From Zygnema circumcarinatum SAG 698-1b (Eukaryota; Plantae; Zygnematophyceae): a stretch of DNA of 64,000 nucleotides. The DNA is taken from NCBI GenBank assembly GCA_037447605.1, contig CM074816.1, positions 1,578,525 through 1,642,524 of the forward strand, in the 5' to 3' direction. The translations under genes were made by a program, and so were the position numbers. The notes under the pieces were generated by a model. The model did no database searches. It had not been told where the DNA came from and worked only from the letters and a program-made list of their open reading frames with translations. Shown piece by piece: positions 49,601 to 61,807 of this stretch (position 1 is the stretch's first letter; every line of letters begins with the position of its first letter).

Positions 49601-52600
49601 AAGGAAGTAGCCAAAATCGCTTCTCGGACTAAACTTCGTCGTTTGCTTGCTCTTTGGAATCGTTATCCAGCATGGGGAGCCCCATACTCGCAAATGCTGG
49701 ACTGTTGGCTTCCGGCCACTCCACATCTCCTCTGGTACTTGCTTGTGATCTTTCAGGGCGCGGGAGGGACATCTGTTCCGGATGTAGGTCGCCGTGAGGA
49801 TGGCTTCCCCCCAAAAATTTAAGGGGAAAGGTGACTCACTTAGCATCGACCGCGTCTTGTCTCCAAGGGTACGGTTCACCCGCTCGGCCGCGCCGTTGCT
49901 CTGTGGGCTATACGGTGCCGTGAACTCGTGTCGAATCCCAAGGGTCGTGAGATATTCAGAGAACTGGAGGGATTTGTATTCTCCCCCATTATCCGTCCTG
50001 AGCCTCTGAATTTTCTCCCCGGACTGCCTTTCTGCTTCTATCTGCCAAGCACGAAAGGTCTCGAATGCCTCGCTCTTGTGCTTCAACAGCACAACCCAGA
50101 TTTTCCTCNNNNNNNNNNGTTCCTTTGATCGAATTCTCCTCCGCTCTCACCCTCATCACCACCTCTTCAAGCGTAAGTGGATTTTTGACGAGCAAGGTTT
50201 TCAGGGAGTTGATGGTGGGTGCAAACCGGCTCGGCAAACCTCTGAGGAAGCTCACAATTTGATGATCTTTCTCGATTGGCTGATGGACAATCACGAATTT
50301 CGCCATCAGTTCGTCGAATCGAATCACGTAGGTGGTTAGCTCCTCGGTCTGGGCCATCTTCATCTGCACCAGCTCATCGTAGAGCTCGAATTTGACGTTG
50401 ATATCGATGGTGTCGTAGATGTTGGCGAGCTTCTGCCACATCTGGTAGGCAGACTTCAGCTCTCGAAGCATCTTTGCAGGGTTCCCTCTGACGCTTGAGG
50501 CAATGAGCAGCCTCACTTGTGCGTCCTTCTTCGTCCACGTTGCCAATTCGTTGGCCGCCATGGTCGAATCATCTGCCGGTGGTTTGATCGTCCCATCTAC
50601 GTAGTGGACCAGATCCCTGGTCTGTAGGAGGGTGATCATCTGCCACCGCCAATCCTTATAGTCAGTACCTCGAAAGATAGGAAGGTTGGGCCGAAAATCG
50701 TTATCAGCTCTGATACCACTTGTTGGAGATTCCACCGAGGATCTCCTTTCAACAAAGTCTCCTCCACTCTGTCCGGAATTCGTTGACATCTTCAGTGCAG
50801 CAGTTCACGAAAGGAATGCTCAAGACAGATGTGCAAGAAAAGAACACAAGGTAGAGAAAGCCCCACCGGGCATAAAACTCTGGTTTTCTTTGGAGTGAAG
50901 TACAACAGATTGCAGCAGTGCCTCACTACTGAATGCAGCTTGAACTACCCCGCTTTTCTCCTATTCCCTTACAGCCACACAACCTCTGACTAAAGGTTCA
51001 CCTCAGCTCGCTACACACCCGCTTGGTGTGAGTATGAGAGTGATGAGAGCTTGCACAAGAGCGGCTTTATGTAAGTGCATGCAAGGCGCCGTGATTTCCG
51101 CCCTGGGTCTTTCGACGACCGCTCACGGTCTTTGGTCTTTGGTCTTTGGCCTTTGGCCATGGCCTGCACCCCCTGGCGTATGCCCCTCTTGACACTTAAC
51201 CCCTAGCCTTCACGTCCGCCCTTTGTAGCTCCATGTGCCGTGCGGTCAGGTACACTTACCGGAACACAGCGTTTAGCGCCCTTGGCAGCGTCCTGCGTCG
51301 CGTCCGCATCCGTCACGGCAGAAATATTTATTCGCGCCCAGCGCCTTGGAACTTGTGTCAGCGCGGAATACTCGAGCTGATCGCGTCCGCGGTCCCCGAG
51401 CTTATCGCGTCACATTGTTCGCGCGACCATCCTTGTCGCTTCATGTTCGCGTCTAGTTCATTATCCGCTAGAGACTATGCGCCAAACGTTGTACGGCCTC
51501 TAGACCCGTACAACAGTTTCGACCGAGTCTTCCTCATCTGACAGGTGAGTGTGTAGTGGGGCCGTCTCCGTCGATTTCTCCGGCTCCCCTGCTTGCGGCA
51601 CTTCGGGTTCGACTCCCGCCTCCGCCTCGACGTTCGGCATTGCTCCTGAGTCAGCTCCTTCGCTCTCCGGCATGCTGATCTCCTCCAAAGCCGGGACCTG
51701 AGAGGCTTCAACGCCTTCTCCGCTGGTCTCCACGTCCTCATACACAATCTCCAATCCTGTCTTTTGGGGCTGGGTCTCACCTAGCCGTGTCACCGCCCCT
51801 TTCTCGTCCACCGTGATGTCCCTCGAGCTCTGCACTTCCTTCGCTCGCGGGTTCCAAATCCTGTAGGTGCGACTGTCCATGTTGTAGCCGAGAACATATC
51901 CTTCAACGGCTCGCGGGTCAAACTTCCTCTTGTCTAAGCCCGACGCTTTATGCGACCCGTGATCGCTCAACCGAGGTGGGAAAGCGGGTGAACTTTCTCC
52001 CTCCACCTCCTGGGAACACGGTCCTTGAGCGAGAAGATGGGCATCTATTCCTAAGGTAAGCTGCGGTCATCACCGCCTCTCCCCAGAAAGAAGCCGGGAA
52101 GGGGGAATCTATAAGCATGGTCCGCGCCATGTCCCCCAACGTCCTATTTACCCTTTCAGCAGCTCCATTACTTTGAGGGGAGTAGGGAGCAGAGAATTCA
52201 TGCCTAATTCCACGAGTCTTGAGGTACTCGCCGAACTCCTTCGACTTGAACTCCCCTCCGTTGTCCGAGCGCAGAGTCTTCAGTTTTTGTCCGCTCTCTC
52301 GCTCCATCTGAGTCTGCCAATCTCGAAAGGCTCCGAACGCCTCAGACTTGTTCTTGAGGTACACCACCCAAATTTTCCTCGAAAAATCATCGAGAAAAGT
52401 GATGAAGTACCGAGCTCCTCCACTCGTTGCCGGTGTCACGGGGCCACAAAGGTCGGTGTGAATCAACTCCAGTTTCTCCTGCGCATGGTACGCCTCCTCT
52501 CCGCTCCTCGCGAATGGTTTCCGATGCGCCTTCCCCTCTACACACTCCTTGCAAAAGCCGAGCTCCTTCTCCACGACATCTACGTCTAACCCACGGACCA

Positions 52601-55019
52601 GCCCTTAGCAGCTTAGTACATTTGCAACCCGATGGTTAAAGATGTCAAGTCTACGATGCGAGATTTATAGCGGTTTCAGCCCACGACCATCACATCTTCA
52701 TCCTCTGTCCTTCTATAATGAAGATATCTGAGGCCTCCCTTCTCTCGCCTTACCCTCAGCGGCCGCTTCCCGTCAACTGCGTGGTAAGTACAAGACTTCT
52801 CTTTGAGCGTGATCACCATTACCCCCTCTTACACACCTGGCTAACAGACATGAAGTTCTGTTTCAGCTCGGGGGTGTGGAGTACATCACCGATACACAAA
52901 CGCTCCTCCCTCTCCTCTTCGTAGATGACAGAGCCGTCTCCGAGAATCATCTTGACTACTCCCCCCTTCGTGACTGTCACTCCCTCTCCGGTTGCCGAGT
53001 GAACAGATCGAGTCTTCTCCAGCGTATCCAACGTGGAGAACATCTGCCCAATAGCCACACGTGTGTGTGGGAAGCGCTGGTCGATCAACGGGGCCGCCAG
53101 GATCACGAGACACGGATCTTCCCAACAAAGTCAAAACCGGGCCTTTCAGCCATATCCAGATTTGGTCTCATTGACCCTGCATTACGATTGCTCTTGTGAC
53201 CTGCGCTTCTTGCACTTGAAGCGAATCCCTTGAAGCCTTTCTTCTCCTTCTTGCCGAATGCCGGCGCGCCTCCTCCTCCTCGATCTTGGGGACTCTTGTT
53301 CTTATGCTTGATCTAGAGTAGTGGCTAGTCTTGCCACACGTGTAGCATGCTCCCGCAGGACGTTCTCCTCGGTCCGACTTCGGCGCACCTCCTCTTCGGT
53401 CTTGTCGTGAGTGCAGCGCTAGCACCTTCTCCTCGGTGCTCCCAACGTCTTGGACGGTGTCCTCCTCCTTGATCCTCCGCTTCACTTGCTCAAGGGTCAT
53501 TTTCGAGTTTCATTACAGGGCAGATTGGCTGACTGGCTGCTACATCAAATCGAGGTCCCGATCCCCTAGGCGGGCGATCTTATGGTCACTCTCTAGCGGT
53601 TTTACTGTGAGAGCTATGAACTCTCCATCAAGGTATCAGAGCCACAGAGCCATATATTCACTCGGTTTCTCATCGAAGTCATCTTCATCTTCCCAAAATT
53701 TTGCATGTAAAGGCTCACTATCGTGGCGTTATCCTTTACATCATACATCTCTTAAGCACCTCCACATAGCATGTGTGAGGTCTTGAGATCATCACGGCAT
53801 GGGCGAAGGACTTCCCTCTCCGCTCTCATGGCCGATCTGGGTGGCTTTGTTGTCCTTGGCACTCCATGCAGCGGCGCCACTTTGTGTTCGGCTGCTTTGC
53901 TCGCGGTGGCTCCCTCGGTAGCACGGTGCCTTGATGATATAGCGTTGGCGTACCCAGCAGTCCACGCCTTGCTGAGAGCAAAGGAACCAGCCGCCATCTC
54001 CACCCCTTGTAGTCTTGGCCCAGGTAGTCTTGGGAATCGCGCGAACTTCCGTGGTCTACGTCGCCCACCGTGGCTCATTATTACCGCCTTATTTGGAGTG
54101 GGGATCTGCTTGCTACATTGCTCGGCCACCTCGCGTGTCGCCCTCCCGACTGGAACTCCGGTTCCCCACCGGTGAAGACATCTTCACTCTCTCTCACTCT
54201 ATCTCACTTCACTCATAGCCCACTTAACTCCTGAGAATGAGCCTTGAGGCGAGCCGCGGTGAGGAAATCACACGAGAGTATAGGAGAAAGCTCACGGCTC
54301 TAAAACTCCTTTTATATGATAAGAATGTCACCCACATGAAGTTCTCCCCCTCTCACTAGCTACTTCTCCCCTTACTCACTACCTTGCGACACAAGCACGG
54401 CAGCCCAGCAACACGAGCAGGCACAGAATAAGTCACGGGACTACAGTAGTCTAATGAGGGTATCCTTCATAACAAAGCTAAACCCTATATACCGCCATGG
54501 CCGTGTTACGTGACATCTTCCTTGTTGACCCGATGTCGCGTCACGGCCTTTCCCTCATGCGTTCGGCCGACCAGATGCAGCGTTCAGCGGCCGGCGGCCT
54601 TGCGTAAACCTACGGCGGTGGCAGGCTGGTCGGATGCGTCCGTGCAGTTCCGCGCCCATCGAGGCTCGTTGTCCGTCCACGGCCTTGAGAGTCTTCCGCC
54701 GCCCGTCGCGATGCAGCGTCCATGCGCCCAGCGACAAAATCTCCGTCGTCACATTTAAGCGCCCGTTCACATACGTCACGTGGCTGCGACTCGGTCTCCT
54801 CCGTAGATTGACACCATTCAGTCGCGGACGCACTAAGAATTACGTAGCGGATTCGCCATTATCGTAGGCATTCTCAGCGCCCGAAATGCGGGCCACCGAC
54901 ATTGGCGAGCCATATTTCACAGGACTACTATTAGCAGATCTCATGTTTCCCAACTGAGGACCACAACAATGTTAGTGTGAACCCATACTATGTCTAACTA
55001 TAGCACACTAACACTAACA
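46603..55019 (-). mobile_element. Ty1/Copia element family A, copy 1 (degenerate, gapped), interrupted by Copia B
   Basis: 5' LTR 55019-54173 (TGTTAG..TCTTCA); gag with zinc knuckle CYTCGKTSH (~53340); integrase (LELIHTDLCGP, LRSDNGGEF, PQSNGAAER; 52574-51948); RT (KARLVAKGYSQ..DIKTAFL; 48120-47674); RT/RNase H (YTDSDWGGD..KRTKHI..ADMLTK; 47650-46707); PPT AAGAGGGGGAT; 3' LTR start at 46690 identical to 54932-55019 over the 88 bp before the gap. Confidence 0.92.
48373..51515 (-). mobile_element. Ty1/Copia element family B nested in Copia A copy 1, with 5-bp TSD GTTTC
   Basis: LTRs 50721-51515 and 48373-49176 (TGTTG...CAACA); PBS TGGTATCAGAGC (iMet) 2 nt after the 5' LTR; gag LPIFRGTDYKDWRWQM; integrase LRTDNGGEY..PQSNGAAER. 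RT is absent, presumably lost in the 49177-49186 gap. GTTTC at 48368-48372 and 51516-51520. Confidence 0.93.
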
Positions 55020-55206
55020 CCAAAATCCGTCCTTTGACACCACTTTGACTTTATAGCCATTACAGCAGCCATCCGGGGAACAAAAGGATCACCCGGTATA
55101 CCCCTCTGAATCATGCATGCGAGATGAGAGAGAAGCGGGAGGAGTTGGCTAAATCGCGGTGGAGGGATCATGACAAAAGCATCTCTTTGGAGGCGAGGAG
55201 ACTTCG
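55020..55206 (-). mobile_element. Short degenerate Gypsy pol linker (between RNase H and integrase) separating the two Copia A copies
   Basis: 55020-55120 aligns by eye with 46491-46590 (GY.GDP.F..G..GYK.KVV.KDGFW). Confidence 0.75.
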
Positions 55207-58200
55207 TGTTAGTGTTAGTGTATGATAGATTAGACATTGTATAACGCCTACTGACTAATGCAGTACTTTCGATTTAATAGAATGCGCTAAGCATCTCTTG
55301 ATCTAGTAATGGCCCGTGCTGGAGAAAAGCTTTTGTTGAGTCTTGGCTAGCAGTCTTGTAGTCTGGCAGTGATTGGTGGCCCGGTGACACAGGCAGAGGT
55401 AGATGTGAGCGGCGCAGCACGATTGGTGGTAGCGTGTGTGAGTTACATGAGGAAATCTGGGGCCTTGGCGACTCTGATTGGTCGCTGACGGCGGTGGCCC
55501 GAAGCGGGCAAAGTTGCTGGCGGGCGAAGCTTGACATATGGAAGATATTTGGCGGCCCGAACGGAATGCGCCACGTGGACTACTAGTATGGGTCAGCGAG
55601 AGTTGAGTGCTCTTGGCCCGGATGTCGGCGAGAAGCTGAGAAGGAGAGCTGGCAGCTTGGCTATGCGAGACGGATGTACGATCGCGGGCAAGGCTGATGC
55701 GGCGGCGAAGGTAGGTTCACGAGGCGATTAGCTGTAGTCCACTATTCACGAGAGTCGCCAGTTCGGACTCGGTCATGGGTTTGCAATGGCGGACGCGACG
55801 TGACATGTGTGTCACGTCACAGACGCCATATTATATAGTGCGTAGTTTTACTATGGGAAGTAATCCACCTACACTACTCTGTCATAGTCTCGGGTCTTAC
55901 TCAGAACCTGCTCGTGCTGCTAGGTTGCCTACACTTGTGTCGTGAGGTAGTGAGTAAGAGGGACCTTGAAGTGGTGGGAGAACTTCATTGTGGGAAGACA
56001 GTTTTATTATAAGGAGTTTTAGAGCCGTGAGCTTTCTCCTAACACTCTCTCATTGTGATTTCCGCTGTGCTTGTCTTGTAGCTTCATTGTTGTTATGGGC
56101 GATGAGTGAAGTAAGATAGAGCTTTGAGTGTTTGAATGTCTTCATGGTAGAACCTCGAGTTCAATGAGGCTGACACAGGGTGGCGCCGGAGGTGGGGGCA
56201 CCGAGACCCACTGCTTCAACAAGTGGTATGTCCAGCGAGCCCAAGGTGGCGAGGGAGGACCACACGTCGAGTTCTTCCTCCAGTTCGATGGATTGGACTA
56301 CAAGGGGTGGAGATGGCGGCTGGTTCCCTTGCTCGTGGGCAAGGGGCTGTTGGGGTACGTTGACGGCACCATCAAGGCACCGGTGCAGCCGGAGGGAGCC
56401 ACGGCGGAGCGGCAGTCGGAGTTCGACACAGCGCTCGCCAGATGGAGGACCAAGGACAACAAGGCCCTCACCCAGATCGTCATGAGCGTGAGGGGAAGTC
56501 CCTCTTCCATGCTGTATGACCTTAAGACTTCACATGCTATGGAAAGGCATATATAGAAGGCATAACATGGCGTAAGAGACTTTCGCGTAACGACATAGTC
56601 GCTGCCCACGCAGCAGGAAAATGAAAATGTCACCGAGGAAAAGAAGGCGGTGAATATAGTCCGGAGGCCTGACTACTGTGGAAGATTCGCCTTAGCGGCT
56701 ACCATGCGTTAGAGAACCAAAAATCAGCACCGATTTCTAGAGGACTGCCTGGCTGATTACGATGTAGCGATTCGCGACTTTCTTAGAACTTTGTTCACAA
56801 CAAGCTGCCCGTGATGACAGCAGGCAGGTAACGGAAGAATCCAGGAAGGCTGCTTGTCCCCGAGCGTGGGGAAACACGAGGAGAAGGTGTTGGCAGCTGC
56901 ACTCCCGCGACAAGTTGGCGGCGGAGGAGGAGGTGCGGCGGGAGGCGTGGGGAGCGCCCCTGCGGGGAGGCGTGTTGCGTGCGGCAAGGCGGGCCACTTC
57001 ACCATGCGGCCGGTACAAACGAAACACCACCCAAAAGATAGGGTGGGGAGCATCGTCTCCAGGTCAAGAAGGAGGATTCAGGGAATGCAGCTTCCAAATG
57101 CAAGCGAGGCCACAAGAGCACAGATTGCAGAGTGGCGGTGGAGACGAATCTCATGCTGACTGAACATTCTGATTTTGTTGGGAAGATCCAGGTTGCGGAT
57201 CTGAAGCGGCCATGGCTGATCGACTCTGGCGCTTCCACGCACATGTGTGGCGACAAGCCCGAATGTTCTCTGGCTGAACACCTTGGGAAGGACCAGATCA
57301 TTCACTTTCGGCTTAGCCGGAGGAGAGGTAGCCGATTCTGAGGAGGTAGTAAAGATGATCCTGGGAGGCGGCTCTGTCATCACGAAGAAGAAAGAAGAAG
57401 AAGCGATTTGTGCATAGGTGACGTACTTCACGCCCACGATCACGAAGCGAACTTCATGTCGGTCCCGATCAGAGTATGTAAGAGGGGGTACGAAGTCACC
57501 TTTAAGGAGAAGTCTTGTGTAGCTACTCACTTGGAGTCGGGGAAGCGGCTGTTTGAGGGGTATGAGAAGGGAGGCCTGTATTACCTTCATTATAGGAGAG
57601 AAGAAGATGAGGGTGTGATGGCCGTAACTGAGGGTGCAGTAAATCTTTGGCATCGTAGACTTGGTCATCTAAACCATAGGGGACTGCAACAGCTTGCTGC
57701 AAGGGGGCTGGTCCGCGGGTTAGACATTGACATAGTTGAGAAAGAGCTAGGCTTTTGCAAAGAGTGTGTAGAGGGGAAGGCGCATCGGAGACCCTTTTCG
57801 AGGAGTGGAGAGGAATCATTTCACGCGCAGGAGAAACTGGAATTGGTACATACCGATTTGTGTGGCCCCGTGACACCGGCAACGAGCGGAGGAGCTCGCT
57901 ACTTCATCACCTTCCTCGACGATTTTTTCGAGGAAAATTTGGGTGAAAATTCTCAAGTACAAGTCACGAGCTTTTGAGACTTCAGTGCTTGAACTTCGAG
58001 ATGGGCGAGAGGCGGTCGGCGAAGACAGCTATGCCTTTCGGACAACGGAGATTCAAGTCGAAGGAGTTGGCGGGTACTTGACTCGCGGAATGAGGCATGA
58101 ATTTTTGCGCTCATACTCTCCTCAAAGAAACAATGGAGCTGGCGAGGTCAATAGACAGGGGGACATGGCACGAACCATGCTGATAGATTCCCCCTTCCCG

Positions 58201-61200
58201 GCATCTTTTTGGGGAGAGGCGGTGATGACTGCAACTTACCTTAGAAATAGATGCCCATCTTCTGTGCTTAAGGATCAGGTTCCTGAAGAGGTGTGGAGTG
58301 GGAGGAAACCCGCGATTGTGTCCCACACGAGACCTTTGGGCTGGCGGTGTGATCTTGGCCGAAGAAAGTTGACCCCAGAGGCGTGGAAGGTACCTTCACC
58401 GGCCTGACATGGAGCGATGCGCACCTAGAGATTGTGGAACCCTCGAGCAAACAAAGTGCAGAGCTCGAGAGACGTTACGGTGGATGAGAAGGGGGCGGTG
58501 ACTCGGCTAGGTGAGACCCGCACCCCAAAGGCAGGTTTGGAAATTGTGTACGAGGATGTGGAGACCAGCGAAGAGGGCATGGGCAGCCTCGAGGTCGGCT
58601 TGAGGAGGAGATCATTACTTGCTTGAGGCGAGGGAGGCGGCGGGAGCTTAACGCCGAGCGTGGAGGCAGTGGGAGTTGAGCAGGGGGGAGCATAGCGGGG
58701 GAGCGCAGTCAGCTTGAGGAGCGGCACCACTACACACTCACTGTCCCGGAGCAGGGAGGGAACTGTGCATGCCTTTGCATGGGCGGGGAGTCACGAGGAT
58801 TTGGAGGCGGGCGAGAAGGCTATGTTGTAGGCATGCCTCAGGGTTGAGGATTTTCTTCAACACGAGGGCTAGGGCCTTGAGGACCTCCGAGGAGGAGCAC
58901 GTGTGGTGAGGCCTGATCACTTCTGAGGCCTTCGCTTGAACTAACACAAAATGCGAGGAAGAGTGCCCTCACAGGACTTCCCCCGGACCTGGCGGGGCAC
59001 TTGCTACATTTTATGATCGCGAACGCAAACCTTTGAGGCGGCGAAGTCGATGGAGAGAAGTGGCGGCGGCTGATGTCGGCGGCCGAGTGGGGTCTGGCGG
59101 AGGAGGAAGCGGCCGCGCGTGGCGACTTGAGGCTGCCGGCGGGCATTCGGATGCGAAGTGGTGTGGTAAGGTGAAGCGAAAGGCGAATGAGGAGCGTCGG
59201 CCGTTACCATGGCGTCACGGTGGCAAAAGAGGCCCGACGGGCGTCTCCGGAATCGACTACACGAGGAGACGCCACCGCGCCCCGTGGTGAAGTTCAACTC
59301 CAGGTACTGTACTTCGATACGATGCGGCGGATCTGGCGTGCATCAACTTCGATATCAAGACGCCAGCGTTTACATCACGAGGAGATCTGGCGAGATCTAC
59401 ATGAGTACGGCGAAGGAAAGTTGTCGGGGCAAGAGCATCTCGTTTGTCGTCTTACAGCCCGAAGAATGCATGCAGGGTGAAGCGAGGCGCCCGAGTTGAG
59501 TAAAGAGAAAATTGATGACCTCTTGAGGAGTAACGGATTTGCGCGATTCGAGACGGATCATTCCGTCTACCGACAAGGGGAAGAGGCGGATCTCATGTAC
59601 GTTGGGATCTACGTGGACGACCTCATAATGGTGAGCCTCTCATTGGAGAGAATCAATGATTTAGGCGACTTTTGGAAGTAGCTTTCAAAATGTCGGATCT
59701 AGGGAGAGCCGCGATATCTCCCCTAGGAATCTGATTGAGAAGAGGGGCAGGATGACTTATTTCTTTTAATGAGGAAAAGAATGCGCGCTTGAGATATGCT
59801 TTACCGGAGTTCAAAATGGAGAATGCGAGTCACTTTGCTCGAGGATTACGATGGAGATCCCGGAGCAGCGGTGTCGAAGATATGATGCGGCGGTCGCGGA
59901 GAATGCAGGAGAATATGCGAGTTCGTGCGGTCATTGTCCGGGGAGTTTAATATCGATATTGATGATGCTTCGTCGACTTGGCTGGCAAGTGAGCTTCAAC
60001 AAGTCGGTTCATGGAGAATCCCGGTCCTGAACATTGGGAGGCCGTGAAGCGGATCTTCAGATTCGTGAAAGGGACCTTGGATTACGGCCTCAGGTTTGAG
60101 AGGGGGCCGACTAGAGTGATCGGATACACCGACTTCCAGTTGGGGAGGTGGCGTGGACTGCACGTCCGCGATCGGCGTGAGTTTGTGTTCACGAGCGGTG
60201 GCCTCATGGGCACCGAAGTTACAAGATTGATTGGCGTAGAACGCGAAGGAAGTACATGGGGCGTGCAGCGTGAGAAGGAGGGATATGAAGTTCGACATTT
60301 CTTTGATGAATGTAAGCGACCACAAACACCATTGACTCTTTTTACGGACAACCAGTCATCTATAGCTCTTATCGAAAACCCTGTATTCCATAAAAGAACC
60401 AAGCACATTAGGGTGCAATATCATTATGTGCGGGAGTTGGTAGAGGAAGAGATGATAGTGGTGAAGTTTGTAGGAACAAAGAGCAGGCTGCAGACATGTT
60501 GACTAAGGGAGTCAGCGGGGAGACACTACTAGTGAGCAATGATTGATTTGGGCTAGGGCCCATGAGGCCCGGAGTCCCAAGAGGGGATTGTTAGTGTTAG
60601 TGTATGATAGTTAGACATTGTATGGCACACACTAACTTGTTGTGAGGTACTTTCGATTTGTAGAACATGAGATCTGGCTGAAGTAGTGTCTCTTAGATCT
60701 AGTAATGTGGGGTGCTCGACTTTGGTGAGTCTCGCGCCCTTGAGAGTGCTTGTGAATGCGAGCAGCTGGCTGATTGGTGGCGGTGACACAAGTAAGGAGT
60801 GGAGTCTGAGCAGCGCAGCTTTGATTGGTGGCCTTGTCTTGTGGTGCTTGTCTGGGGCCAGCGGCGACTCACGATTGTAATTAGCGGCAGCGGCCAGCAG
60901 CGGGCATATAAAGTTGTGGCCCTTGAAGCGACATGGAAGATATTTGGCGGCGGCCCGGAATGCGCCCGCGTAGACCACTGCAGCGATGTGGAGTCAGCGA
61001 GAGAGGAGGGATTCGAGTGTGCGGCGAGATAGCCGGCCCGGGCTACTTGAGAAGGAAGCTATTTGGCGAAGCGGCGATGGACGGATGTACGATCCGACAA
61101 GAACTAGGTCGGCGCCGCCGTAGGTTTACGAGGCAGCTAGCTAGTCGCTATTTCTGAGTGCGCCCACTCAGACTCAGTGCATGGGTTTGCAATGGCGGAC

Positions 61201-61552
61201 GCGACGTGACATGTGTGTCACGTCACGGACGCCATATTATATAGTGCGTAGTTTTACTATGGGAAGTAATCCACCTACACTACTCTGTCATAGTCTCGGG
61301 TCTTACTCAGAACCTGCTCGTGCTGCTAGGCTGCCTACACTTGTGTCGTGAGGTAGTGAGTAAGAGGGACCTTGAAGTGGTGGGAGAACTTCATTGTGGG
61401 AAAACTTGATTTTATTATAAGGAGTTTTAGAGCGTGAGCTTTCTCTAACACTCTCTCATTGTGATTTCATTTGTGCTTGTCTTGTAGCTTCATTACATTT
61501 GTTATGGTGATGAGTGAAGTAAGATAGAGCTTTGAGTGTTTGAATGTCTTCA
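55207..61552 (+). mobile_element. Ty1/Copia element family A, copy 2 (full-length layout, heavily frameshifted)
   Basis: LTRs 55207-56144 and 60589-61552 (TGTTAGTG...GTCTTCA); gag DGLDYKGWRWRLVPLL; protease WLIDSGASTHM; GAG-pre-integrase LWHRRLGH; integrase HTDLCGP; RT IYVDDL; RNase H KRTKHI; PPT AAGAGGGGAT. Confidence 0.92.
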
Positions 61553-61807
61553 TCGTGGGAACTCAAGTTCGATGGAGAGCTGACTTACGAGTGGCGCGGG
61601 AAGTGAGGAAGCGGAACCCTGCTTGACAACTCGGGGTGGCGGCCCCTCACCTCTGTCATCTCGTTCCACCAACACTTTCGAGTCGGCGGCCGCACCATCG
61701 GGCAAGATCACACGAGGCACTTTACTTCGATTAGATTACGCTGCATTCGACGCCGGTTGATAAACCCCGCTGGCGGTCAAGCCTTTGGAGGAACTGAACC
61801 CGGCGTG

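Noticed and set aside
48373-61552. Dating insertions from LTR-LTR divergence, or reading the frameshifts as ancient decay
   Set aside because: Copia B LTRs are nearly identical at both ends but indel-riddled in one central patch, and 51.5-62 kb has dense single-base indels with no gaps. This suggests unpolished long-read fill, so divergence is unreliable.
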